The notes beneath the pieces were generated by a model. It was not told the DNA's origin, made no database searches, and saw nothing but the letters and a program-made list of their open reading frames with translations. A program made the translations under genes and the position numbers. Of a DNA stretch of 64,000 nt, positions 48,652-60,720 are shown piece after piece. Position 1 is the first letter of the stretch; each line of letters opens with the position of its first letter. This DNA comes from Gekko japonicus (lineage: Eukaryota), in assembly GCF_001447785.1 (NCBI RefSeq), contig NW_015163753.1, positions 1-64,000 of the forward strand. The letters are read 5' to 3'.

Positions 48652-48977
48652 ATTTGTATCCTTAATCAAGGGTGATCCTGGTTTGGGATCCCTTGAAGTG
48701 TCTTGTCTTCCCATGTGTGGTAGACTCCATATCCCTCCTTATTATCTTCTTTCTATGGATTTCTGTTTGGATTTCTTTGCTATGGTTTTTACTTCTGACT
48801 ACTGCAAACACTTTATTTGTATCCTTAATCAAGGGTGATCCTGGTTTGGGATCCCTTGAAGTGTCTTGTCTTCCCATGTGTGGTAGACTCCATATCCCTC
48901 CTTATTATCTTCTTTCTATGGATTTCTGTTTGGATTTCTTTGCTATGGTTTTTACTTCTGACTACTGCAAACACTTT
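48652..48977 (+). repeat. 163-bp perfect tandem duplication in V2R intron 2
   Basis: Period 163 (48652, 48815); identical ORF text MILVWDPLKC... twice. Confidence 0.95.
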
Positions 48978-49434
48978 TCTTGTTGGCTCCAACCATCATA
49001 ATTCGTGTTGTTCCAATGGATTATGGGCTGCTCAGATCCCGACCTTATGCTCAGAATGTTGCCTGATAATCACATCAGGTGGATTGTCCAATACAGTGGG
49101 GTCACTGTGTTTTGCAGACAAGCTATGCTCCACAGTAGGAGCAGCATAATTAATCAAGTATTGAGTTACTGTGACAGCCCAAAATGTAAGTTTTCCAGCC
49201 TGTAGGTAGTCCTTGGCAAGAGACTGAGTGGGGACATAGGAAGGCACCATCGCTCTGGTGTTGTATGTAACTTCCAGGTGAACCCAGAAGTGATGCATTT
49301 GTATCTGCATGATGCTTTAGGATTCACTGAAAACTCCATGATGTTATACCTTTCCCCCCCCCTGCCACCCTTCCAAGCAGCAGTTGGGGTCAGGAGCTGC
49401 TGCTGGGAGGTCTCCCACTATACCAGGAGACCTG

Positions 49435-49725
49435 GAAGCCAGTTTGGTGCAGTGGTTAAATGCACAGACTCTAATCTGGGAGAACCGGGTTTGATTCCCC
49501 ACTCCTCCACTCGCACCTGGTGCTGGATGACCTTGGGCAAGCTGTAGTTCTGATAAGAGCTGTTCTTGAAAAAGAGCAGTTTCTGTCAGAGCTCTGCCAG
49601 CCCCACCCACCTCACAGGGTGTCTGTTGTGGGGAGGGAAAGGGAAAGCAGTTTGTAAGCTGCTCTGAGACTCCTTTGGGGAGTGAAGGACGGGGTATAAA
49701 TCCAATCTCTTCTCTTCTCTTCTTT
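49435..49725 (+). mobile_element. Squam3-like SINE, full length
   Basis: agccagtttggtgcagtggttaa...gactctaatctgggagaaccgggtttgattcccc (pol III A/B boxes), cctcacagggtgtctgttgtgggg, gtaagctgctctgagactcc, (TCT)n tail. Confidence 0.85.
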
Positions 49726-52700
49726 TTCTATCAAAATAGCATGCAAAGTCTTGCGAGATTTTATGGCAAGACTTTGAACACTGTTTTGGGCTGTAGCAAC
49801 CCAGACAGATGTCAAGGATGATGATGTGGGGGACAGAATAAGGAGCGGGGACATGGAAGAGGATGATACTCCACATATTCCTTACATGTAACTCACTTGT
49901 AAGCAATTGAAAATGGTAATTTAGAATCTCACACTGGATAGAGGGGAAAGTGTTGTTTATAACATCTGCAATTTAAACTAACAGTGAGGATTTGGGAAGT
50001 AATATTGGAAGATATTAGTGAAATTAGTATGTCCATTTGCAATTATTTCTTCTATGTATAATACACTGTGTTTTCCCCTGTAGTTCCCTTATGGTGTACA
50101 TGAAGCTATGTTCAGTAATAAAGCTCATCACCCTTCTCTGTACTGGATGGCACCAAGTGAAACTACTCTGCACAAGGGGATTGTCCAGCTCCTCCTGCAT
50201 TTCAGATGGACATGGATTGGCCTCATTGCTTCAGATGACTATGATGGAGAAAGCTTCACCCATATGTTGGCATTCTTGCTTGAACAAACTAACATTTGTG
50301 TTGCCTTCAGGCACAGAGTTCCAGAAATGGCCCTTCGAAATCACAAAAAAATTTCAAATCTACATTCAGCCCTTCTTTTGCCTGAAGTGAACGTGATTGC
50401 TGTCAGTGGAAATTCTCAGTCATTGTATGTCTTGCAATATCTCTTAGACCTTTATGAATTTCATATCCACCATCATATCGGAAAAGTTTGGATCACAACA
50501 GCTCAGTGGGATTTCACAAACACAATCCGCATGGACGGTTTCTGCACAGCAACTTTCCAGGGCACATTAAGTTTTTCAGGACACAAAAATGTAGTGAAAG
50601 GATTCCAGGACTTTCTCCAGACCTTAGAGCTCGATGAGGCACTCATGTATTTTGTCTGCATTTTCTGGCAAACAGCATTCCAATGTTGCCTTTCCCCTAA
50701 GAATATCAACAAGTGCAAAATTTGTACAGGGAATGAAAAATTGGACAGCCTGTCTAGGTTTATGTTTGAGATGCAAATGAATGATCAGAGCTACAGTATT
50801 TATAATGCTATCTATGCTATAGCCCATGCTTTGGATGCTGTATACTCGTCCAAGCCAAAATCAATGGCAGATAAAAGGAAATCTGATTATACAAAAGTTC
50901 AGCCCTGGCAGGTAAAGTTGTTACATGGGGGGGGGGGGATCTGGCTGTTGTGAGTGAAATTGTGTCTGAAGTCTGAACATGGTTACCCAAACTGTCTCTC
51001 TGGATATGCTGAGGTAGAGAAAGAAATACAATATCCATGCGTTACTTCATTTATACCCCAACTTTCTCCCCACTGACCCAAAGCATCTTACATCTCCTCT
51101 TCCATTTTATCCTCATAATGACACTGTGACATAGGCCTATTATGCATGTACAGCTTACTGCAGAGAAATCAAGCAGTCAGACCTTTAAACTTGACTTCAG
51201 ATATCATTCTTTTTTCTCTGGTATATTTATTCCGCTGCTACAACCAAAAAGGCCCGACTGCTCGGATTCTCTGCAGTAAGCTGTGTGTGCAGCCCAGCCT
51301 GGATTGCTGTGCCTGTGAGGAGCCAATGGCTCCCCACAGGCACAGGTTTATGCTGCCTCCTCCTGCTGCCTGGTTTAAACCAGGCCGTAGGAGAGGGCAG
51401 ACAAGCTGGGCTTGCTCAGCCTGCAGGGAGTTCCCTGGCAGGCACAGATCTGTGTTGGCTTCTCCTGATACCTGGTTTAAACTGGGAGGCAGGAGACAGC
51501 AGCCCAGCTGGGAGTCATTTCATTCTTTTTTACAGTGATCTGAGGCTAGTGATGGTCTCATATTGCTAAACTCATGCCGCATGTTAAAAAATATATACAA
51601 AACAGCAAGGGACACACAGATGAATGACAGAAGGTACATCACTGGCTGAACAACCTGGATGCGGGGGTGGGAGTGGCCTACGAGGGGCAGGAAAAGGTTG
51701 GTGGAATCTGAGGGAGTCTGTATGCTTTTGAATTACCTTTGGCGTGGAGGGGAAGCAAAAGCACTCTCAGAAAATCTGGGGAAACAGTGAACAGAAAGTG
51801 AACTGAGTGCTGAAGAGAGGGGAAACAATGCAAGATGAAAAAGAAGACCCAAAGAAAATGTATGGTGAAAACAAGGCAAAACACCCATGCATAATAGGCC
51901 ATAATTTAGGCTGAGATGTTTGTCCAGCCCAAGTTCCCACAACAAGGTACCATGGCAAAGTGATAACACAAACTTGGATCTTCTAGATCCTAGCCCAACA
52001 TTCTTAACACTGCCACACAACTGTTCTCATTGCTATTAATGAAGAAATTTTGTGTTGGATCCAGCAAAACTCAAACAGGAAAACATAGGGCTGCCAGGCA
52101 GTGCTGCAAGTAGCTCTAGGAATTGCTGGAAACCACAGAGTATTCAGTGCTTCCTAGAGCTATCCTATGTCACTTCCTTTTTTAAAATATTGGAATTAAA
52201 ATAAACAAATAATTGCAATGCCTAAACAGAAAAAAGGAGAAAATGTAACAACAATGATGGCAGGTCTACACATAAACATCTATAAAAGCTTTCCATTTTT
52301 TTTAACCAGAAGTGACATAGTGTAGCACAAAATACTGTTTTTTGCTCTCTCTCATTGCTGCTCAGAGGGGTGACATGCAACAGGAGTGGGGGCAGGGGAT
52401 TCCTCATCCCCCACTCCCACTGGAAGAATGGGTTCCCTAGGAAAAACAGTAGTTGTGCCTTGTAAAACAGTTTGTACAAGGTCTTCTCCAATATCTCCCA
52501 ACCTGTCACACACACACAAGATCTTATGTGTCAGTTTCCTCTCACTCCCATATTGTACCTCAGGTGAGACATTCTGTGAATGAAGAAGCTGCTAGATTCA
52601 CTTCTGGAACCCCTGGTACTGGTTGCACAATATCTTGCACAAGCAGAAAAACAAGTGGGGTTAGAATAGGGCTGACTGAGTACCAGCACCTACAGCAATC

Positions 52701-53378
52701 ATTGGCTTGTGTTTTTGTTTGTGCAAAACCTCTAGTGAAAGTAGGAATTTTGTACTGTATACAACCAATCCAACTAGCCCAATAGGTTGGGGAAACATTA
52801 GGATGTAGTTGTTTGGTCTTCATTAACATTTCCTTTTGAGACCTCCAGTGGAAGGTCTATTGCACTTTACTGCAGGCTGGTTTGAGTATGCAATGATAAC
52901 AGACTCCATTTTGTAAACTCTCCAATCTAGCTCCACTTTTTTCTGAAAAACATCAACTTTAACAACAGTGCATTGGAAAAGGTGTCTCTTGTGAATGGCA
53001 AATTGTCAGCTGGGTATGATATCACCAACTGGGTCACTTTCTCCAACAAATCCTTCCATCGTGTTCAGGTTGGAAGTATTTCGGCAGCCCAAGAATTCAC
53101 CCTTAACCAGGATGCCATTGTGTGGAACAGTAGATTTAATCAGGTAAGATTAAAATTTTGAGGTCAAGCACCCTGATCTCCCCTCATGGGTTAATATGAA
53201 TATTAGAAGGCCTAGTCCAGCTTACAGGTGTTCATTATTTCAATGGCCCTGCAGCTATCATCCTTATCTCTTTCAAGGCTAGACCCAAGAATGTGGTAAC
53301 TGGTTATTCATGGGACCCTGTGCTCAATTGTGTAACCAGATGGAAGAGGGTAATTAGGAGCAGCCTTCGACATCTTCT

Positions 53379-53600
53379 NNNNNNNNNNNNNNNNNNNNNN
53401 NNNNNNNNNNNNNNNNNNNNNNNNNNNNNNNNNNNNNNNNNNNNNNNNNNNNNNNNNNNNNNNNNNNNNNNNNNNNNNNNNNNNNNNNNNNNNNNNNNNN
53501 NNNNNNNNNNNNNNNNNNNNNNNNNNNNNNNNNNNNNNNNNNNNNNNNNNNNNNNNNNNNNNNNNNNNNNNNNNNNNNNNNNNNNNNNNNNNNNNNNNNN
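53379..53600. other. Assembly gap (222 N) in V2R intron 4
   Basis: Run of N. Confidence 1.
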
Positions 53601-53888
53601 ATAATATTTTATATATTTTTACAAGGCCTGTTTCACTTGTGCGCTTCCAAACTCGAGGACCCACAGGTCTGGGAACCAGGAGCTATAACCCAGAGGGACC
53701 TGGACTCTCTGACAAAAACATAAATTCTTTTGTTGCTGTTGAATTAGAAGATGTATTCTGAGTATTGTTATTTTAGAGTTTTCAGTCCTTCTGCATTATC
53801 CAAGGGGTCTCTAAAACTCTGAAGTCAGTGCTGAAGTTTATCATGCACTAGAAACTTTTTACCACTCTCTCTGGTAGTGAGAATAGAC

Positions 53889-54240
53889 CAGTGATTCCCA
53901 ATGTGCTGCCCATGGGCACTATAGTGCTTGCTGACACCTTTTCTGACACTCACCAAGTGTTTTTAGAAAGTGGACAGGGCCATGTGGGTATTTTGCCCAG
54001 AGGCTTCTGATTGGTATTGGAGATTTGATTGGCTGTGCAGATTTTTTTTTTAAAAAAAACCATTGCTTTGGTAGCAGTTGCCATGACAACAGAAGGATCC
54101 TCCCTGTGTGACTGAAGGTAAGTTGTGGCAGCCATTTTGTGGCTGGCTCCACCTTCTGTGACACTCATTTGTTGACTGCACCCACTACACTGTGTCAGAA
54201 TTCCAAAGGTGCCCACTGGCTCAAAAGGTTTGGAAACTCA
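53889..54240. mobile_element. Degraded hAT/Charlie-like MITE
   Basis: cagtgattccca... / ...aaaggtttggaaactc termini. Confidence 0.45.
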
Positions 54241-55038
54241 TGGAAGAGACAGTACTGAATAAAAAGTCTTGGTTGTTTTTTTAAGTTGCTTTGTATATCT
54301 CTGTGGTCTTTGATAAAAAATGGCAATGCTGTGGACTTAGGTAGGGTGTTCCCCCCCCCTTGAATCATTCTTGACATTGTTCCAAATTGGACATGCTCCG
54401 TTTTACACAACATTACATAACACTGGGATCTAAAGATCTGATCTTCCCAATGGGGTTCGTAATCAGAATCCACTTATGGTCAAGTAGAATCATGGCAAGA
54501 CCAGTGGCTGTAAAGTGCTGTGATCCATGTTGGTTCATGCAGAGGGATTAGTGCTCTTTGCAGTTGTCCACTACTTTTCTCCTTTTTATGGTTAGACACC
54601 TCCTCATTCCAAATGTGTTGAGATCTGCCCTCTAGGACACAGCAAGATTGTTCGGCAAGGGCAACCACACTGTTGTTACGATTGCTCTCCATGCCCAGAA
54701 GACACAATTTCTACCCAGACAGGTAAGTGAAGGTGCAGAATTGGACTGGACAATTTTATATTTCCAAACAGATCTGTATTGATTTAAACAGTCTACCCTA
54801 TCCCTTTCTAAAGGCTTGGATACATCAGTTAAAAATGATCTGAATCTAGTTCAATTATGCCTCTCCACCCAGTGTTCAATCCCAGCCTTGAAATGACAAC
54901 TTTACAGGCTCTCCACTAAGTAATTGAACTTGGATGTCGATAAACCCTGCATAAGGTGCACTGAGTTGATCTTAGCATTTCTGATGGTAGAAACAAGGAA
55001 ACATGTCTCATGGACATGCAGAGCCTAATCTCTGCAAT

Positions 55039-55260
55039 AGCCAGTGTAGTGTAGTGGTTAATGTGTCAGATTAGGAAATCCAGGTTTCAATCCCCACACA
55101 TGCCATGGAAGCTTGCTGGGTGACCTTTGGCCCATCACTCACTCTAAGCCTAACCTACCTTACAAGGTTGCTGTAAGAATAAAACAAAGGAGATAATGAT
55201 GTAAGCTTCTTTGGGTCCCCATTGGGGTGAAAGGTGGGATATAAATAAAGTAAATAATTA
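55039..55260 (+). mobile_element. Squam3/MIR-like SINE in V2R intron 5
   Basis: agccagtgtagtgtagtggttaa...ggtttcaatcccc...gctgggtgacct...taaataaa tail. Confidence 0.75.
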
Positions 55261-57896
55261 ATTAACAATAGTTCAAAACTAGTGCCAGTGCCATGATCAG
55301 AAATAAATGCAAAAAGATGTGTTGAATCTATCTGGCATCAATTTTATTGTGACACTTCAACTTTTCCCCCACAGAAAACATTATGTGTGTGTGTTTGTGT
55401 GTGTGTATAAAATGGGGTGGATCCAGCCAACTTTTTCATGCAGTCTTGCCCATGGTCCTTACTGCAGACCATGTCCCACATGGCTTTTGTTCATGCAGGT
55501 CCTATGATCCCCAGCAGAGCCTTTTTGTATGGTCTAAGGGGGACCCTACCATTTTTGCCAGTAGAAAAGATGGTTGGCCCTAAATCCATTGTTGTCATTG
55601 CTGGCTACAGTTGCTGTCCTAATCTCATTCAGATGCTGTTCACTGTATCAAGTGCCCAGAAGACCAGTATGCAAACAAGAACGAAGAGCGGAGTATCCCA
55701 AGGTTATAACTTTCCTGTCCTATCAAGAGCCCTTGGGGATAGTTTTGGTTTCTCTTGCAACGTCCCTTGCCGTCACCACAGTACTGGTGATACAAATCTT
55801 TCTAAAGAACTGGAACACTCCCATTGTCAAAGCCAACAATCACAATCTCACTTGCATTCTTCTCATCTCCATTCTACTTGGCTACCTCTCCTCCTTGTTA
55901 TTCATTGGCAAGCCTGGGAAGATGACCTGCCTTCTCCGGCAAACAGCTTTTGGAGTTATTTTCTCTGTTGCTATTTCTTGCATGTTGGCAAAAACTGCCA
56001 CTGTATTTCTGGCCTTCATGGCAATACAGCCAGGAAACAAGATGAGGAGATGGCTAGGGAAAAGAATGGCCAACTTCATTGTTCTCTCCTGCTCCCTCAT
56101 TCAAGAAGGTATTTGTATTGTCTGGCTATTGAGCTATCCTCCCTTTCCAGAGGTTGACATGTACTCGCAGGCTGGGCAAATCACAGTGGAATGTAATGAA
56201 GGCTCCACTGCCATGTTCTACACTGTCCTGGGCTTCATGGGGTTCCTGGCCCTCATCAGCTTCACTGTTGCTTTCTTTGTCAGAAGCCTGCCTGATACTT
56301 TCAATGAAGCCAAGTTCATCACTTTCAGCATGCTGGTGTTTTGCAGTGTTTGGATCTCTTTTATCACACCTTACCTGAGCACCAAAGGGAAAACCATAGT
56401 AGCTGTTGAAGTCTTTGCCATCTTGGCCTCCAACACTGGAATACTGGTTTGCATCTTTCTCCCCAAATGCTACATCATCTTGCTGAATCCTGATTTAAAC
56501 TTCAAGAAGTTTTTAATCGAGAAAAAGAATTATTCAACTTGATTATAAATTAATAGGTCTGATTACCCCCCTGTTGCAGTCATTTTTTACCAAAAAATAA
56601 AAAAGTGAAGCAAATGGTAGTTGCATGTACATGAATCTTTAGCCAAACTAAACAATTAATTGGAGGTGAGTTGCGGGTGTGAGAAATAAATTATGCAAAT
56701 GAAGGAGAAAAGTCATATTGGAACACTTTCACTTCACGTAGAATTCCTCATATTTTGTCTACGAAGGATTTGCCCTGCCCAAGTTTCTCAGTAATTTAGG
56801 CTCTCTGGCTAGGATATGGGAGACGGAATCTTTGCTCAACCATTAAGTTCACTGGATCAAAAGGACAATTACTCTTTTTCAGCCTAACACACCTCACAAG
56901 GTAGTTGTGAGAATACAGTGTGGGAGGTGTGACTGATGTATGCCATTCTCAACTCCTGAGAGGAAAACTGTATAAAAATGTAACTGATTCCCAAAACAAA
57001 AAGTATTAGAGAAAATCCAACAGCAATTTTAACCTATGCAAATGAAACCCATTTTAGCTCTGAATGTTTATGCAAGTCTACTATCATGTTTCCCATTACA
57101 ACATTTTCATCTTTTAGTTTTAGCTCTGAATGTTTATGCAAGTCTAGTATCATGTTTTCCATTACAATATTTTCATCTTTAGTCTTGGTGTTTGTACATG
57201 CATTTCAGCACTTGATGGCAGTAGTATAAATTGATAAATTTCATGTGTAATTGAACTATCACAGACTATGACCAAATGATTACTTCCTATGAAACACTGT
57301 TGTTCCATTCAAACCATGATTTAATAAAATTAATTATAATTTTTGTTGGCTATTCCACTACCTAACTTTCACTATTCCACTAACTATGGAATAGTTTTCC
57401 ATTGGCAAAAAAAGGAAGAAACCTTTCATAGCCCAGAAAGGTTGCACTGAGTATCATGATACCTGAATGGTTAAAAGACATGTGGGGATTGGGTCTCTTA
57501 TGGGGAGAAGAATGAGATAAGATTCAATAAAATCCTTGGATGGATCCGATGGAAGATCAGCCATACCATGGTGTGAAGTACATTAATTAGTCACAGAGTC
57601 TGAACTACAATTTTACACTATGCACATTTGCAGATATGCTGACTTAATCCTTATGTTACCCACTGTGACCCTTGCTGCATTGCAGGTCAGTTCACTGGAA
57701 CTGAACAAAGGCAGTGAAATCAGCAAGCATTTGTCAAGACAGAGCAGAATCTGAGTAATCACAAATTGTGCATAATGTACCATGATTTTGTATTATGTCT
57801 GAACTGAAACAGTGTGTCTTAATTGAATTGCTATACAGATCCAGCTGTGATTCATGATATGTCAAATATCCAAATGATGAGACATCAAAGGATGGA

Positions 57897-58150
57897 ATAG
57901 GGTGTGACTTAGAGGTACAGCATTGTATGCAGAAGGTCCCAGGTTCAAAACCTACCATCTCCAATTAAAGGGAATAGACCGTAGGTAATGGGAAAGACTT
58001 CTGCCAGAGACCTGGATAGTTTCTGCCTTTCAGAGTAGACAATATTGACTTAAAAATATATATATTAATAAATATTTATTGGTGAACAAAAGGCAATAAA
58101 AAGGTAATAAAAGTTATATTTTTGACTTTGATAGACCAAAAGCTTCAGGT
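57897..58150 (+). mobile_element. tRNA-derived SINE (Squam2-like)
   Basis: atgcagaaggtcccaggttcaaa (B-box-like), catctccaattaaaggg, gagtagacaatattgactt. Confidence 0.6.
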
Positions 58151-58869
58151 TCAGGACACAAAGCCCAAATGGTTATCACATCCACAGTCTTCCTTTAATG
58201 ACACAACGTGTCCATATTATTTCAGTTTCAATGGAGATGTTTGCATCAATTATCAACATTCCCATTTCATCAATTAGCCAACATCTCTTGAGACCCTTTG
58301 CACTTTTGCTGAGTATAGATAATAGCCAATGGGAGACTTCTCTTTTTGCATAAAGCATGAGATGTGAAAGAAACTAACAAATGGCTCTACAAAGACAGAT
58401 GAAGAAAGCAGAACGCACTGTACAATATTATACAGAACCTTGAAATTTCTCATTTTTTCCTGAAATAGGTATTTACTTCATTATCTTCTTTAACCTCTCT
58501 GTAAAATAACATGGTCTTAAGGCTACAAATATGCTATCACCTATCATGCTGAATCCAGCCTAAAATAGCCATCAATGGAATGGGATTTTCCTGCCTCTCT
58601 CCTTCCATTGCAGCCCAATAACCTCCTCAAAATGCTGCTCTGGGGCTCTAGGGACCTTTGAAGTACCTGAGATGAAGGGGCTCTGCAGCAGAAAGTGTGA
58701 ATTGGTGCAAATTGCCAATTCAATCTGGATCTGACCCATTCTGTGAAATCTTGAAGTTCTCCTTGTGCACTTTCTACACCTGATGCATAAGTGTGATTAT
58801 GCCTTGCTTCCTTAGTTGTCTTTTGTGCTGGTAAACTAAAACTCTCCAGGACGTCCATGTAGGTGATGG

Positions 58870-59081
58870 TGGGAGGTGCCATCAAGTCGCAGCCAGCTTT
58901 TGGTCACCCTGTAAGGTTTTCAAGGCCAAATGCATCCAAAGGTGGTTTGTCATTTAATGCCTCTGTGTTGCAATCCTGGTATTCCTTGGTGATCTCCCAT
59001 CCAAGTAGTATCCAGGGCCAGCCCTGCTCAGCTTCTTTGATCTGATGAGATTTGGCTAGCCTGGGCTATCCACGTCAGGGT
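58870..59081 (-). mobile_element. 5S rRNA-derived SINE
   Basis: ggtattcc...tctcccatccaagta...ccctgctcagcttc...gatctgatgagat is the reverse complement of a 5S head; same family as 24990-25180. Confidence 0.75.
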
Positions 59082-59696
59082 TTCCTTGTAGGTAAGATAC
59101 TCCGAATGACCAAAGAATCATTTTGGCTGCCTTTTTAAATCCTGAACTGGATTAACAATGGAGAAATACAAGCCAGCACTCTACTGCATGATCTCCCACC
59201 CTACAGAACCTTCCTTTTCTTCCTTTTCCTAAACTTTCCTACTGGTCAGGCAGTTGCACAGTCTACACTATCCTTCTTTGTCTCTGAGCTGAATCCTGTC
59301 TCCCTCTGAGGAACCTAGAGATTGCAATAGCTGCATACTGGGTGTTAGGAACATGGGTTGTTGCCCCCATCCCACCCCCGAATCCACATTGGACTGTGCT
59401 TTATATTCATCTTATTGGAACTTTTGTATGAACACTCTGAGGAGGGGGGGACAAGATTTATTTATTTTTTAGTACTTACAAGGAAAGCGAGCATAAGCCA
59501 GGGATATCAGAGGGTTGTTCACCCATTGCCTATCTTATAAATTCAATTTTTTTTAAAAAAAACCCTGTTCACTTTGCTTTAATCCTAAAAGGAAAGCTAC
59601 ATATCAAATACATGCTTATATAATACTGCTTATGTACATTATGTTAAATTGTATTTCAGGACCTGAAATAACTACGTGTATTTGATATCAAACATC

Positions 59697-60656
59697 ATGC
59701 ATGGAAACAAGACACTGATCACAGAGCTTATCCTTCTGGGATTTGAGGAGCTCCACGACCTTCAGATCTTTCTATTCCTGGTGTTTCTGGTGATCTACAT
59801 TTTGACCATAGTGGCCAACTTCCTCACCTTTCTCTTGATAGTGACTGATCAGCATCTACATACCCCCATGTATTTCTTTCTGGGGAATTTATCCTGCCTG
59901 GAGATGCTGTACAGCTCAACCATCCTACCCAGGTTACTGTCTGGTCTTTTGACCGGGAAAAAAGTCATATCTTTCAAACAATGCCTCACACAACTATATT
60001 TCTTTGGCTGCCTGATTGGTACAGAATGTTATCTCCTCTGTGTAATGTCTTACGATCGTTTCTTAGCTATATGCAAACCCTTTCATTATGCAACTCTTAT
60101 GAATGAAAAGCTTTGTATCCAGTTAGCAGCTGGCTCCTGGATCAATGGGATTGTGTTTACCTCTATGTATCTGGCCTTTGTGTTACAGCTTTGGTACTGT
60201 GGTCCCTATGAAATTGATCATTTCTTTTGTGATTCTCTATCACTCATTGAAATATCATGCAATAATACCAGTTTCGTGAAACAGCTCAGTGTAATCCTGT
60301 CTTTCATGTTTACTTTTCCACCATTTCTTTTGACTGTATTGTCCTACGTATATATTATTGCTGCCATCTTGAAAATTCCATCCACTGCTGGAAGGCAAAA
60401 GGCCTTTTCCACGTGCTCTTCTCACCTGATTGTTGTCTCTCTTTTCTATGGTTCCTTAATCATTGTGTACATAATACCAAAAACTGAAACTGTGAGAGAC
60501 GTTAACAAAATATTTTCTCTTTTGTACACAGTCTTGCCCCCCATACTCAACCCTTTGGTATATAGTTTGAGAAACATGGATGTCAGGGAAGCTCTGAGAA
60601 AGGCTGTTGGGAAGATTCTGGAAGGGCAATTTGTGAATCAGACATTAAAAGTATGA
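59697..60656 (+). CDS. Olfactory receptor, class II, OR11/OR6-like (319 aa)
   Basis: LHTPMYFFLGNLS, MSYDRFLAICKPFHY, KAFSTCSSHL, PLVYSLRN; first ATG at MHGNKT, acceptor gtatttcag| at 59659. Confidence 0.97.
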   Translation: MHGNKTLITELILLGFEELHDLQIFLFLVFLVIYILTIVANFLTFLLIVTDQHLHTPMYFFLGNLSCLEMLYSSTILPRLLSGLLTGKKVISFKQCLTQLYFFGCLIGTECYLLCVMSYDRFLAICKPFHYATLMNEKLCIQLAAGSWINGIVFTSMYLAFVLQLWYCGPYEIDHFFCDSLSLIEISCNNTSFVKQLSVILSFMFTFPPFLLTVLSYVYIIAAILKIPSTAGRQKAFSTCSSHLIVVSLFYGSLIIVYIIPKTETVRDVNKIFSLLYTVLPPILNPLVYSLRNMDVREALRKAVGKILEGQFVNQTLKV

Positions 60657-60720
60657 TGGTCTCTTTCACCAGACCTGAAGGTATGACGGAGGTTAATGAA
60701 TAACTTTTTTTTAAAAAGGA

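Larger units (their letters stand above)
46085..56542 (+). pseudogene. Vomeronasal type-2 receptor (V2R, class C GPCR), six exons; probable pseudogene
   Basis: Exon 1 46085-46314 (signal peptide, PGDVVIGGIFSL); exon 2 about 47496-47763 (FAIHEINKNP..NITLGFHIYD..VIGG..YKIPQ); exon 3 50084-50911 (HFRWTWIGL, KVWITTAQWDF, SYSIYNAIYAIAHAL, QPWQ); exon 4 52931-53143 (LHFFLKNINFNNS, GYDITNW); exon 5 54596-54722 (Cys-rich CCYDCSPCP); exon 6 55633-56542 ([36 protein letters not shown]). GT-AG boundaries and phases are consistent for exons 2-6. There is a frameshift at about 55698 and the 5' end of exon 2 is irregular. Confidence 0.93.

Noticed and set aside
49435-49505. tRNA gene (also 55039 and 57897)
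   Set aside because: A/B-box-like heads continue into SINE bodies; no intact cloverleaf evident
53293-53664. ORFs containing X runs
   Set aside because: Artefacts of the N gap
55690-55710. Programmed -1 ribosomal frameshift rescuing the V2R
   Set aside because: No X XXY YYZ slippery heptamer at the site
55417-56157. 246-aa ORF overlapping V2R exon 6
   Set aside because: Alternative frame that starts in intronic repeat-like sequence and has no recognisable motifs
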